NCBI GenBank assembly: GCA_036170915.1
Contig: JAVHQC010000029.1
Location: 128,001 to 192,000, forward strand
Reading direction: 5' to 3'
DNA length: 64,000 nt
Source of the DNA: Cyanobacteria bacterium auto_48_18
Lineage (GTDB): Bacteria; Cyanobacteriota; Vampirovibrionia; Obscuribacterales; Obscuribacteraceae
The notes below the pieces were generated by a model that was not told where the DNA came from, ran no database searches, and was given only the letters and a program-made list of their open reading frames with translations. Shown piece by piece: positions 27,868 to 37,475 of the stretch; position 1 is the stretch's first letter; each line of letters starts with the position of its first letter. The translations under genes and the position numbers were made by a program.

Positions 27868-28335
27868 TTATTTAATTTCTACAGCCTCAATTGATTGGCC
27901 GCGACTGAAAACGTTTTGATTAACGGCAGCGGGGCTGAGGTAGCTCACCATGACTTCATTGAATTTGTCCTGGTCAACCGTTTCGCCACAAGTGAACAAG
28001 TCGACGAAGCAGGCACCGGTTTCAGGATAAGTGTGAATGCTGGCGTGGCTTTCAGAAAGCAGCAAAATGGCTGTTACACCGCCATTCGGAAAAACATAGC
28101 TGCAAGTGTCCAACACCGTGGCACCAGTAGCATTGGCGGCAGCACTAAACGCTTCAAGCAAAGCGTCTGCATTGAGTAAGGCTTCCGAGTCGCAGCCCAT
28201 AAAGCTTGCCATCATATGTCGGCCTTGAAAATGATAATTCGCATTGTTGGCCTGAGCGCACGCAGCCTTGGCGCGGGTTAAAGCCGCCAGCGCGCTTGCC
28301 GAACTATCAGGAGCCGATTTAGAGTCAATACTCAT
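27868..28335 (-). CDS. speD: S-adenosylmethionine decarboxylase proenzyme
   Basis: GVTAILLLSESHASIHTYPE, DLFTCG. Confidence 0.92.
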   Translation of the reverse strand: MSIDSKSAPDSSASALAALTRAKAACAQANNANYHFQGRHMMASFMGCDSEALLNADALLEAFSAAANATGATVLDTCSYVFPNGGVTAILLLSESHASIHTYPETGACFVDLFTCGETVDQDKFNEVMVSYLSPAAVNQNVFSRGQSIEAVEIK

Positions 28336-28344
28336 GCTACTAGA

Positions 28345-29220
28345 TTACCAGAAAAATTCTGCCGCCATAAAGCCAATCTCGGTTAGCAAAACCAGAATGA
28401 TTATCGTCTCGAGAATAAACTCGCCGCGATAATACCTGAACTCCAACAAGCGGTCGTTAGCCAGCTCGTACGTGTCCTCAAAGACTTCCAGCTGGTCATC
28501 GATAGCCCGCATGCGCGCCAAGAGCTCTGTGTGGTTAACAAGCTCTTGCACCATGCGTTTGGCGCTGGCCGGCATGTAGTTGGGCACAGCATCTACAAAA
28601 GGGTCAATGCTGGCAAAATCTGCACGCAAGTTTGTGGCCCACAAAGTTTTCGCATTAACAGTGGCCTGCATGGCCAGATCTTTTCCCTCAATCTGATGAT
28701 TGAGTGCCATGTGTTCACGCAAAGCCGGCCAGCCGCGACTTAACTCGCCCTCAATGCGAGATACCTGAGAAACAAAATAAGAAAAATAGGTCAGGGCTAT
28801 GAGAAGTTCATCAAGTCGATCGCCACTGCACACAGTTAGGGCCAGACCTGAGCGCCAGACAATTCGATCAGAGCGCAGAGTAAGGTCGGCTGCTTCTTCA
28901 AGCGAGTCTTTAAGTGCCGGGTCAATAGAAAGTCTGTCTGATTGCGGTTTAAGCTGTGCCATCCAATTAGAATCTGTAGCCAGATTAGCACCTGAGGCAA
29001 GAACGGCCACGCGTAAAAGCTCCCCCTCTTGTCTAATGCTGGTGCTCGCGACAGGCGCAAATTCAGCAGCAGTAATAACTTCTTTAACTGCATAAACTGG
29101 TGCAGGCACGGCAAATTGCATCAATACCTGATCGCTTGCTTCAACTGCAGGCTTTAACCTAATGCGATAGCAAGCCACAACTTGTGCCAAATCTTGCTGA
29201 GATAGAACAGTCATAGTCAA
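28345..29220 (-). CDS. Hypothetical protein with RMD1/DUF155-like C-terminus and single TM helix
   Basis: Helical region ELLARMRAIDDQLEVF...; terminal LETIIILVLLTEI. Confidence 0.6.
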   Translation of the reverse strand: MTMTVLSQQDLAQVVACYRIRLKPAVEASDQVLMQFAVPAPVYAVKEVITAAEFAPVASTSIRQEGELLRVAVLASGANLATDSNWMAQLKPQSDRLSIDPALKDSLEEAADLTLRSDRIVWRSGLALTVCSGDRLDELLIALTYFSYFVSQVSRIEGELSRGWPALREHMALNHQIEGKDLAMQATVNAKTLWATNLRADFASIDPFVDAVPNYMPASAKRMVQELVNHTELLARMRAIDDQLEVFEDTYELANDRLLEFRYYRGEFILETIIILVLLTEIGFMAAEFFW

Positions 29221-29224
29221 ATGC

Positions 29225-30298
29225 CTAAGCTAGCGGATCTACAGGGAAGACCATAATACTTGCATCGGTGTCATCAATAAATGGTGGTGGCACAAACTCG
29301 ACACCATCTTCAAGAATCGGCCCGCCCAAACTGAGCAAAAACTTTGTTTCTTTGCACAATGCAAATCTGCTGCGCAAATAATCACCGGTCAAATGGCTAA
29401 GATATTTTGTGCCTAGTTTAGTTTTGATCGCTCTGTCGATGGCCTCGGCAGACCAGTCTTGAGGCACAAACCAATCAGAGGCAATGAGAAAACCCCAGGC
29501 GCTTAAAAAAGATGGTATCAGTGTGGAATAGCTGTGTACTTCGCTAAACACTGTACGCAGAGTGCGCATCACCGCCGCATGTCCTTTATCATCCAGAAAT
29601 GAAAATTCCATTCCCTGCACCACAACAATTCCACCTTCGCGCACGCGCAGCTTGAGCAATTCGTAAAACTGTTTCGTGTAAAGCGCTTGTGCTGGGCCGT
29701 TGTCGAGCATGTCGACTACATCAATAATAATCACGTCATATCTTTTGTCGTCATCTTCGACAAACTTTTTACCATCGGCAATTACCAAATGCGCTCGCGG
29801 ATCATCAAAGGCACCACAGTGCCAACTGCCTAAATGCTGGCGACAGAGTTCAACAACTTCTCCATCAAGATCAACCATGGTGGCTGATTTGACAGAGCCA
29901 TGCACCAGTACTTCGCGCAGTGAAGCACCTTCACCGCCACCAATAATCAGTACGTCTTTAGGATCAGGATGCCTGAGCATTGCCGGCTGAACCAGCATCT
30001 CATGATAAAGACTTTCATCGTCTTCAGAGCTCTGAATGGCGCCATCTAAAACCAGCACCCGGCCGAAGTTATAGCTATCAGCAATCAACACATTTTGGAA
30101 AGCGGTCTTGCCATTGAAAATTACACTTTTCAGTCGATAACCGTAAGTATCAAACGGATCTGAATCTTCGGTGAACATCAAAGAGCCCGGATTACCACCC
30201 TTTATGGTCTCGTCGTCTACGTACATGCGATCAGGAGGGAGCGCCGGCAAAGGGTAAGGTCGCGTCACGATCGGCTTTTGATCACAGTTTGCGCTCAT
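29225..30298 (-). CDS. speE: Polyamine aminopropyltransferase (spermidine synthase family)
   Basis: LVLDGAIQS, YHEMLVQP, VLIIGGGEG, VDLDGEVV, DVIIID. Confidence 0.92.
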   Translation of the reverse strand: MSANCDQKPIVTRPYPLPALPPDRMYVDDETIKGGNPGSLMFTEDSDPFDTYGYRLKSVIFNGKTAFQNVLIADSYNFGRVLVLDGAIQSSEDDESLYHEMLVQPAMLRHPDPKDVLIIGGGEGASLREVLVHGSVKSATMVDLDGEVVELCRQHLGSWHCGAFDDPRAHLVIADGKKFVEDDDKRYDVIIIDVVDMLDNGPAQALYTKQFYELLKLRVREGGIVVVQGMEFSFLDDKGHAAVMRTLRTVFSEVHSYSTLIPSFLSAWGFLIASDWFVPQDWSAEAIDRAIKTKLGTKYLSHLTGDYLRSRFALCKETKFLLSLGGPILEDGVEFVPPPFIDDTDASIMVFPVDPLA

Positions 30299-30311
30299 CT
30301 CTCACATACTC

Positions 30312-31265
30312 CTAGTTGCGTAACTGCGCTTTTTCTCGGTCGGCCTTGGCCTTATCTTTGTAGCCCAACTTTTCCATTAAGGCCGCTCTCTCGCCGTAAT
30401 ACTGTGAGGTAGGTTCAAGTCGAATCGCCTCATCTAAGTCGCGCCAGCCCTCTTTTAACTTGCCGGTTTTTATCAATAAGCGTGCTCGATCTGAATATAG
30501 AGTTTCATCTTCTGGTTGAGCGGCGATCATTTTGCTCAATATTTCGATGCCCTCAAGTGACTTACCTACTTTGGCGCATAGCTTTGCTCTGCGAACAGGA
30601 AGCGATGGTCTATTATCAATCTTCTCGAGTGACTGCAAGATCTTTATTGCGCGCTCGCATTGACCTGCATTTTCCAAAAAGGTCGCATACTCATCTAAGA
30701 CTCGCGGAGTAGAGGCCGACTCAGGCATTGCTGCCCTGAATTTCTCATAGTCTGCCAACGCTTCTTTGTCTCGATGCAAATTACTTTTTGCAATTGCCCT
30801 GGCTTTATATGATCTCTGGTCTGGTTTACTGCATGCTAAGGCGCGGTCGCAAAGGCGAATTTCTTCTTGCCAATTTCCTTCAATTCCGGCTAGTTCACCA
30901 AGTTTGCGATAAGCATCACTAAAATCAGAATCGAAAGAAAGTGCTTTCAAATAACAAAGACGAGCGGCCTTAATGGTTCCGTCCAGCACCGCCATATCTT
31001 GCTTTACGCAGCCCAGAAGATACCAGGCTTTCGCGCTGCGCGGCTCAGCTTTCAGGTAACGCTCGAGAGTTACCTTAGCTTTCTCCACCTTTCCACTCTT
31101 GACCATAAGCTCAGCCTGCTCAAGCAATAAACGCTGTTTGACAGGTTCATTGCCTGCGCACACAGGGCTGAAGAAGTTAAAACTGTTGGCTATGTTTGCC
31201 AAAAGAAAGCCTGTTAACAAAATTCTTTGATCAAGTGGTCTGGTCATAGAATCTGTTTTCAACAT
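30312..31265 (-). CDS. Tetratricopeptide repeat protein
   Basis: AWYLLGCV, AYRKLGEL, LYSDRARL, YYGERAAL TPR units. Confidence 0.85.
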   Translation of the reverse strand: MLKTDSMTRPLDQRILLTGFLLANIANSFNFFSPVCAGNEPVKQRLLLEQAELMVKSGKVEKAKVTLERYLKAEPRSAKAWYLLGCVKQDMAVLDGTIKAARLCYLKALSFDSDFSDAYRKLGELAGIEGNWQEEIRLCDRALACSKPDQRSYKARAIAKSNLHRDKEALADYEKFRAAMPESASTPRVLDEYATFLENAGQCERAIKILQSLEKIDNRPSLPVRRAKLCAKVGKSLEGIEILSKMIAAQPEDETLYSDRARLLIKTGKLKEGWRDLDEAIRLEPTSQYYGERAALMEKLGYKDKAKADREKAQLRN

Positions 31266-31269
31266 CTGC

Positions 31270-33606
31270 TTAAAAATCTTCTTTTACTTCATCGCGATTG
31301 AGCAGCTCTTCAACTTGCTTGCAGAGTTCTACTACTTTTTCGGGCATATCAGAAGCACGAATAAATTGTCGACACAAATCTAGTGTTCGTCTGATTGCTC
31401 TAACTACATCACCTTCGTCTCGAGGAGAATTCATGCGCACTTGCTCCCAGGGCGAGCCCTGAGCCCACATTTCAGTCAGGCCAGCGAGCTGGGCACCAAA
31501 CTCAATGGGCATGTCCACGTCAAAATCTTTTTGCATGCGCGTGATGCGCCGAGCCATTTTGCTAATTTCTTCAACGCAATGCTCGACGTTGTGAGTCATT
31601 CTCACTTTCATCTGATCGTTACCGCGCGGCTCGTCGCCGATTAATACAGTGAGTACACCAGCTAATTCACTGGGTTTGAGTTCATCGAACATGCCGCTGA
31701 TCGCCACTTCACTCAAGAACAGCTCATTTGAGCCGCGAATAGAAGCGGCCATACGACCGAGTTTTGTCGGCTTGTTGCCGTCAAGATAACCCAGCGTACG
31801 CAAAATATTGGCCAGCGCTTCAAAGGTCGTCCAATATTTTGTGGTTTCGCGGGCCACGCGTTTATCTAAATCTTTGATGCGTTTGATCAGATGCTCGGTG
31901 CGATCTGATTTTGTGCTGCAGGGCTTCTGGACAGGGCAGCCGTGACAGGGCATATCGTAAGCTTCTTTGAGCAAACCCTGAATTTCATTACGTGTCTCAG
32001 CCAGAGCGATGATGGCTGGAGAACCAGGTTTGATGGCAGAAGGCTTAAGCCCCTTCTCAGTCTGTTTGAGTTGCTTGTGACGCGTGCGAATAGTTTCTAA
32101 ACGTTTAGCGTAAAGCGGCAAATCGCCAGGCAAAGTCGGGCAAAGTGGATTCTTCAAATGCTCAAGCTCAGTCTCCCATGCCATTTTTTGAGTGTAAGCA
32201 GGTTCAAGTTGTTGATTAATCAGAAACTGTCCAAAGCTGCGCTCAATCAAATCGCGGGCATCATCAATGGTGTGACGCTCAAGTAAATTTAGAACCATCC
32301 CGTACGACGGCGTGAAACGACTAGAGAGCGGATCAGCTCCTGAAGTGGCTAACTTAGCCGCTTCATCAACGCTTTCAAATGGATTATGCAAGACCACTAC
32401 GTGACCAACATCATCCATACCACGTCTGCCGGCGCGCCCTGACATTTGCAAAAATTCAGACGCTGTAAGCTGTCTATGACCTTCGTCTGAACGTTTATGA
32501 ATAGAAGCAATCACAGTGGAGCGAGCTGGCATATTGATACCAGCGGCCAGCGTTTCTGTGGCGAAAACAACTTTGAGCAAGCCCTTCTGGAAAAGCTTTT
32601 CAATCATGCCTTTCCAACTTGGTAGCATGCCGGCATGGTGCACAGACATACCTTCCATCAAGAATGGAATGTGAGGATGATTGGCTAAATTAGGATTGTC
32701 TTTGGTAAATTCTAGTACCTGACGCTTCAATTCTTTCTGTTCATCAGCATGCAGCAAAGGTATACCGCGAGCCATCTTCATGGCTTCCTCGCAACCTCTG
32801 CGCGAGAACAAGAAATAAATCGCCGGCAACATATTGCGAGCAGAAAGACTGCCGAGCACATCACCAGGGTGAGTGTAGAGACCTCCCATGGGTCTGCGCC
32901 TTTTGTCAGATGAGCTGTGCTGTGGCTTTTTCTTGCCAAATCTTTGCTTGAGGAATGTATTGACGGCGCCACCTGGTGCTAGCAGCGGATAAATCTTGCG
33001 CTCACCAAAATAGTGGAATCGCAATGGCACCGGTCTGAAATCAGACACCACAAGCTCTGTTGGGCCGTGAGTTTCGTCAATCCAGGTGGTGAGTTCTCGA
33101 GCGTTAGCCACTGTAGCCGACAGGCCAACTAACTGAATATCTTTTGGCGCATAAATAATAGACTCTTCCCACACTGTGCCCCTGTCGGCATCATTCATGT
33201 AGTGACATTCATCTAAAACAACAAATGCAACATCGCGCAAGTTGCGGCTAACGTCACCAAGGATGGTGCCATAAAGCATGTTGCGAAAAACTTCAGTAGT
33301 CATCACAACTATGGGTGCATCTCTGTTTACAGAAAGGTCACCGGTAAGCAGACCAACTTTTTCTTCACCATACTTTTGTTTGAGATCGTAAAGCTTCTGG
33401 TTTGATAACGCCTTAAGAGGAGTGGTGTAATAGCAACGCTTGTTAGCCATGAGAGCCATCTCAACGGCGTATTCGGCTACTACTGTTTTACCGGATCCGG
33501 TGGGCGCGCATACGATTACGCTTTTGCCTTCTTCCAGATACTTCATTGCCTCAAGCTGAAAATCGTCAAGCTTAAAAGGAAATAGATGGGCTACGTCGAC
33601 TTGCAC
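31270..33606 (-). CDS. helY: Ski2-like DEAD/DEAH RNA helicase (HelY family)
   Basis: APTGSGKT, PLKALSNQK, DECH, LSAT, TETLAAGINMPAR, QMSGRAGRRG, C-terminal DEGDVVR (DSHCT). Confidence 0.92.
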   Translation of the reverse strand: MQVDVAHLFPFKLDDFQLEAMKYLEEGKSVIVCAPTGSGKTVVAEYAVEMALMANKRCYYTTPLKALSNQKLYDLKQKYGEEKVGLLTGDLSVNRDAPIVVMTTEVFRNMLYGTILGDVSRNLRDVAFVVLDECHYMNDADRGTVWEESIIYAPKDIQLVGLSATVANARELTTWIDETHGPTELVVSDFRPVPLRFHYFGERKIYPLLAPGGAVNTFLKQRFGKKKPQHSSSDKRRRPMGGLYTHPGDVLGSLSARNMLPAIYFLFSRRGCEEAMKMARGIPLLHADEQKELKRQVLEFTKDNPNLANHPHIPFLMEGMSVHHAGMLPSWKGMIEKLFQKGLLKVVFATETLAAGINMPARSTVIASIHKRSDEGHRQLTASEFLQMSGRAGRRGMDDVGHVVVLHNPFESVDEAAKLATSGADPLSSRFTPSYGMVLNLLERHTIDDARDLIERSFGQFLINQQLEPAYTQKMAWETELEHLKNPLCPTLPGDLPLYAKRLETIRTRHKQLKQTEKGLKPSAIKPGSPAIIALAETRNEIQGLLKEAYDMPCHGCPVQKPCSTKSDRTEHLIKRIKDLDKRVARETTKYWTTFEALANILRTLGYLDGNKPTKLGRMAASIRGSNELFLSEVAISGMFDELKPSELAGVLTVLIGDEPRGNDQMKVRMTHNVEHCVEEISKMARRITRMQKDFDVDMPIEFGAQLAGLTEMWAQGSPWEQVRMNSPRDEGDVVRAIRRTLDLCRQFIRASDMPEKVVELCKQVEELLNRDEVKEDF

Positions 33607-33769
33607 TAGGGGAAGAGTGACTCCAATTGTTAACTGCGGTTGTATAAGTATGGATTTTAGCAGTCTCCGCTTGTTAAAACCGCTAAAACCGACCAGTAAT
33701 CTACTTTGAAATAGGATAATTGCTCGAAAAGCATGCGCTATAATTGTCTTTCAACGCTTTAGTGGTCAC

Positions 33770-33844
33770 CGGGACGTAGCGCAGGGGTAGCGCGCACCTT
33801 TGGGGTGGGTGAGGCCGGAGGTTCGATTCCTCTCGTCCCGACCA
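33770..33844 (+). tRNA. tRNA-Pro (anticodon GGG)
   Basis: Acceptor CGGGACG/CGTCCCG plus A-CCA; D stem GCGC/GCGC; anticodon stem CACCT/GGGTG with loop TTGGGGT; T arm GGAGG-TTCGATT-CCTCT; TATAAT at 33739-33744 upstream. Confidence 0.95.
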
Positions 33845-33867
33845 ATTAAAATGGCTGATAGACGGCT

Positions 33868-34326
33868 TTGAATATGACCGAATGCGTACTGGTTGACATC
33901 GACGGAACGCTTGCCGACTGCGAGCACCGAAGGCACTTCGTTCAAGATGGTAAGCGCGATTGGAAATCTTTCTTATCGCCGGAGATGGCTGCCTTAGATA
34001 CTTTGAATGAACCGGTGGCCAAGGTGGTCAAAGCTATGGCTCTGGCCGGATACTCGATTATTTATGTTTCGGCCCGGCCCATAAGCTTGAAAAGCGTGAC
34101 CAAGAAGTGGCTGCAGAAGTACGATCTCTGGTTCGAGCCAAAGCTTCTATATATGCGGCAAGACAAAGACAGCCGCGCCGATACTATCGTCAAGCGCGAG
34201 CTTTTAAAGGAAATTCGCAACCTGGGTTATCAACCAGTTCTTTCACTGGACGACCGCAACTCTGTAGTCGCTATGTGGCGTGATGAAGGAATTACTTGTT
34301 TGCAAGTGGCCGAAGGGGATTTTTAG
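33868..34326 (+). CDS. Stand-alone HAD phosphatase of the T4 polynucleotide kinase 3'-phosphatase type
   Basis: VDIDGTLA, VSAR, MRQDKDSRADTIVK, LDDRNSVVAMWRDEGITCLQVAEGDF. Confidence 0.82.
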   Translation: MNMTECVLVDIDGTLADCEHRRHFVQDGKRDWKSFLSPEMAALDTLNEPVAKVVKAMALAGYSIIYVSARPISLKSVTKKWLQKYDLWFEPKLLYMRQDKDSRADTIVKRELLKEIRNLGYQPVLSLDDRNSVVAMWRDEGITCLQVAEGDF

Positions 34327-34328
34327 AG

Positions 34329-34847
34329 ATGGGCTACAGTGTTTCCTGGATAGCAGTCAAAGGCATATCGGAAGGAGAAATACTTGACTCCATAGGCTAT
34401 AAAAAAACCGGAAAATTCGATGCGAATCCGGCGGAGTCGGACTTAGCCATACACGATATGAAAAACGGTTGGCAACTTTTAATTGCTAATCATAACGATC
34501 TAATGGAGGCCGAACCTTCGTGGTTTTCCAGGCTTTCAGGCGAAGCAGTGCTAATTTCATGCTTTTTGGAAGAGCATGTGGGATATTGCGCAGCTAGTGG
34601 CTGGAGCGGTGGAAAACGAGACTGGTTTGTCGAACGCTATGAAGACCGGCAACCTGGATTGAAAATCGAGGGAATAATGCCGGATAGTTTTGAAGAGCTC
34701 TATCAAGATTTACTAACAAAACAAAAGGCCGATCCAAGGTCTGATTACCTTCTTGAGGCACCGCTGGAGATAAGTCGCAGGCTGACTGGCTTCGATGTCC
34801 ATGAATTTATCGAGCATGACATCTATTGGGTGCTTGAAGAGCGGTAG
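34329..34847 (+). CDS. Hypothetical protein (immunity-protein-like)
   Basis: ATG 2 nt after HAD stop; MGYSVSWIAVKG; acidic and aromatic, no signal peptide. Confidence 0.65.
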   Translation: MGYSVSWIAVKGISEGEILDSIGYKKTGKFDANPAESDLAIHDMKNGWQLLIANHNDLMEAEPSWFSRLSGEAVLISCFLEEHVGYCAASGWSGGKRDWFVERYEDRQPGLKIEGIMPDSFEELYQDLLTKQKADPRSDYLLEAPLEISRRLTGFDVHEFIEHDIYWVLEER

Positions 34848-34888
34848 AGGTCCTATATTGCACCGCATTTAGTGCACAGAGGATTGAC

Positions 34889-35866
34889 TTGGACAAACCG
34901 GAAACTAACTTGGATAGTGACTATCTAAAACAAGGACGCAACTTGACTCCGGCAGAAGCGGCAGAGCTTGAAAATGCTCTGATGCAGAGCAACCATGATG
35001 TAAAGGCGCGACTACAACTGATTGGCTTTTACCGTGGTAAGGGAGAAGAAGAATCTGTGCTTCGAATGAGGCATGTTATCTGGATGATCGATCACTATCC
35101 TGCGGATGAAATTTGGCGTCAAGATCTTTATATGCATCCGGGAAATTTTTCTGGCAGTAAATTGTTCGACTCTGCAAAAGAGCACTGGAACGAGCAGTTA
35201 GTAAAATTTCCAAACAATGCCGACGTTTTTGGTAATGCGGGCTTATTCCAAGTTGAGAGCGACTTCGATGCAGGGACGCGCTTATTGTTATATGCCGTTC
35301 AAATTGACACGGACGACTATAGCGGCAGTTACTGGCCGCAACGACTGTGTCATTTCTTCTTTGATCGCGCACTAGAAACAACGGGAGATGCTAAATCAGA
35401 GCTAGCCAGTGATGCCCTAAGAATTGGAGAAACATTTCTTCGACGACTAGGTACTGAGGGCATGCTGTGGAGGACAGGTATACGACTCTTCGGGCTTGAG
35501 GCATGCGCACTATGTGCGATGTGGACAAATGATGATCTGAAAATTCAGAAATATGTAATCGAGTTGCGCGCGCTTTTGGCGAGTTGGGATTTCACACCTC
35601 GGTCGTCTCAGTTAATTCTGGGACTGCTCTCGCTTCGAGAAGGTGAAATAGAAAAAGCCGCTGAGTACTTGCTTAGCTCTGAATCGCCTGGCATAGATAC
35701 TCTAGAGCTTGAACTGGCAAACAAATTGATAGAAGCTGGGCAGACTAAAGCGGTCCTAGACTATTTGCTTTCGTGTCAACAAAATGATGCATCCAGTGAC
35801 CTAAATTCTTGGATTCTATGCTTAGAGTCGGGAGCTAAAGTTGCACTTCAGAGAGCGTCAAATTAG
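34889..35866 (+). CDS. Helical TPR-like hypothetical protein
   Basis: AAELENAL...DVKARLQLIGFY; LGLLSLREGEIEKAAEYL. Confidence 0.7.
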   Translation: MDKPETNLDSDYLKQGRNLTPAEAAELENALMQSNHDVKARLQLIGFYRGKGEEESVLRMRHVIWMIDHYPADEIWRQDLYMHPGNFSGSKLFDSAKEHWNEQLVKFPNNADVFGNAGLFQVESDFDAGTRLLLYAVQIDTDDYSGSYWPQRLCHFFFDRALETTGDAKSELASDALRIGETFLRRLGTEGMLWRTGIRLFGLEACALCAMWTNDDLKIQKYVIELRALLASWDFTPRSSQLILGLLSLREGEIEKAAEYLLSSESPGIDTLELELANKLIEAGQTKAVLDYLLSCQQNDASSDLNSWILCLESGAKVALQRASN

Positions 35867-35868
35867 CC

Positions 35869-36276
35869 ATGGACGAATTTAGAATACGCATAGATCCACC
35901 GAACGAGTCACAGGGTGATTTGGTGGTAAACATACTGATCAATGGACGGCCAGAACCCTTGATCACACATAGCCTAGATATTGATTCGTTTTTCTCCGCG
36001 ATAGGTCTACCCGAATCGGTAGTCAACTTCGTCTTTTGTGGTGTAGCAGAGTGCTGCGGAGAGAGCCTCCCGTCCATCTCAACCTCACAATTTTGGCAAT
36101 GGGATGATTTCCATTTAGACTGGGCTGAAATTTACATGGCGGCAACTCAGATTGTTGAGGAGATTGAACGGTTACCAGAGAACCGATGGACCTATGAGCA
36201 ATTGCATCCACGCCTACCGTTTTATCGAGAAAAGTTGAAAGAATTAGAAACGCTCGCAGCAGGTGCAATACGATAA
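35869..36276 (+). CDS. Hypothetical protein, tandem paralog A (CGxxECCG)
   Basis: Aligns by eye over full length with 36335..36748. Confidence 0.8.
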   Translation: MDEFRIRIDPPNESQGDLVVNILINGRPEPLITHSLDIDSFFSAIGLPESVVNFVFCGVAECCGESLPSISTSQFWQWDDFHLDWAEIYMAATQIVEEIERLPENRWTYEQLHPRLPFYREKLKELETLAAGAIR

Positions 36277-36334
36277 TTTCTTCACACCACATGCGGTGCA
36301 AAAGCAGCTAGAACACCAAGAATAAAGTAGTTCA

Positions 36335-36748
36335 ATGGACGAATTTGAGATACGCATAGATCCACCCGGGGACGGTCTGCAAGGTGACTTGGTCATCACA
36401 GTCTTGATCAACGGTCTTATAGTTACTGATGACGATTACTGCTTAGATGTTGATTCATTTTTTGAAGCCATCGGTGCGCCTGAATCGACTGTCAAATTTG
36501 TTGGCGGCTGCGGTGTGCCGGAATGCTGCGGAACCGGCTACAAAACTTTTTCGTATCAACACAGCTGGCAATGGGACAAATTCCATCTAGACTGGTCTGC
36601 CGTTTATATGGCCACCCAAGTCATTATTGCTGAAGTAGAACGGCTGACCGAAAGAAGTTACACGTACAAGCAGCTTCATCCGCGGTTGCCATTTTATTGT
36701 CAAAAGCTTGCAGAGTTAGAGATCATAGCAACACGTTCCAGCACATGA
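36335..36748 (+). CDS. Hypothetical protein, tandem paralog B (CGxxECCG)
   Basis: Shares MDEFxIRIDPP, QGDLV, LDxDSFF, CGVxECCG, WQWDxFHLDW, QLHPRLPFY with paralog A. Confidence 0.8.
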   Translation: MDEFEIRIDPPGDGLQGDLVITVLINGLIVTDDDYCLDVDSFFEAIGAPESTVKFVGGCGVPECCGTGYKTFSYQHSWQWDKFHLDWSAVYMATQVIIAEVERLTERSYTYKQLHPRLPFYCQKLAELEIIATRSST

Positions 36749-36760
36749 GTAAAGGTCTAA

Positions 36761-37375
36761 CTAAGGACGCAAGCGCTTATCTAATTTTGAAAAGATGATA
36801 CTGACGCTGTTTGCCTCTGTGATTTCCTTACCATATGGATCAATATTGATCCCGTGGCCTATCGTGTCGTAATTGCGACCGTGTTCCCAGGGCTTGGAGC
36901 GAAAAGCAACTAGCCAGCCTTGAACTTCACGTGGCCTTAAAAAACCAATGGCCTTAGGCTCCAAACAATCATAGACAAAATAATTCTCACCCAACGGCAC
37001 TGGGCCTGGCAAAAACGTATTACGGATTTCTTCCCAGCTGTGAAATCTTGGCAAAGCGTCGGTATAGCCCTTTTCGTCTATATAAGCCTCTGCAATTTGA
37101 ACGGCCTGCTGCTCAGTAATCAATTCATTTCCTGTTGCTAGACGCGAAGCCAATCCAACTTTAGACCAGCAAAAACCGACAGTTACTAGCAATAACATCG
37201 AAGTAAAAATAAGCGCTACACGCGGCCAAGATGGCCAGTTACGATTCATATAAAACGCACTTCCAGAAGATAAATCGGCCAAGGTGTTTATCCATGATAG
37301 CTCACCATCGAAAGCAGTGCCTGGCAACCAGGACGCATCACCTCCAGAGATCCCAACTGGACCAACCCGACTCAC
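36761..37375 (-). CDS. Hypothetical membrane-anchored protein
   Basis: Probable start at MNRNWP, then TM helix; ITEQQAVQIAEAY PepSY-like helix. Confidence 0.6.
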   Translation of the reverse strand: MSRVGPVGISGGDASWLPGTAFDGELSWINTLADLSSGSAFYMNRNWPSWPRVALIFTSMLLLVTVGFCWSKVGLASRLATGNELITEQQAVQIAEAYIDEKGYTDALPRFHSWEEIRNTFLPGPVPLGENYFVYDCLEPKAIGFLRPREVQGWLVAFRSKPWEHGRNYDTIGHGINIDPYGKEITEANSVSIIFSKLDKRLRP

Positions 37376-37475
37376 AAAAATGACACCGCATTCAGTGCCT
37401 CTACAGCTAGATCAACTACTGGGAACTTTAGCCGCAAAATCCCATCGTCCAGGTAACCATTTCAGGAGCATCTTT

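Noticed and set aside
33770..37400. Integrative element or prophage at tRNA-Pro
   Set aside because: No integrase, no structural phage genes, and no duplicated tRNA 3' end found by eye
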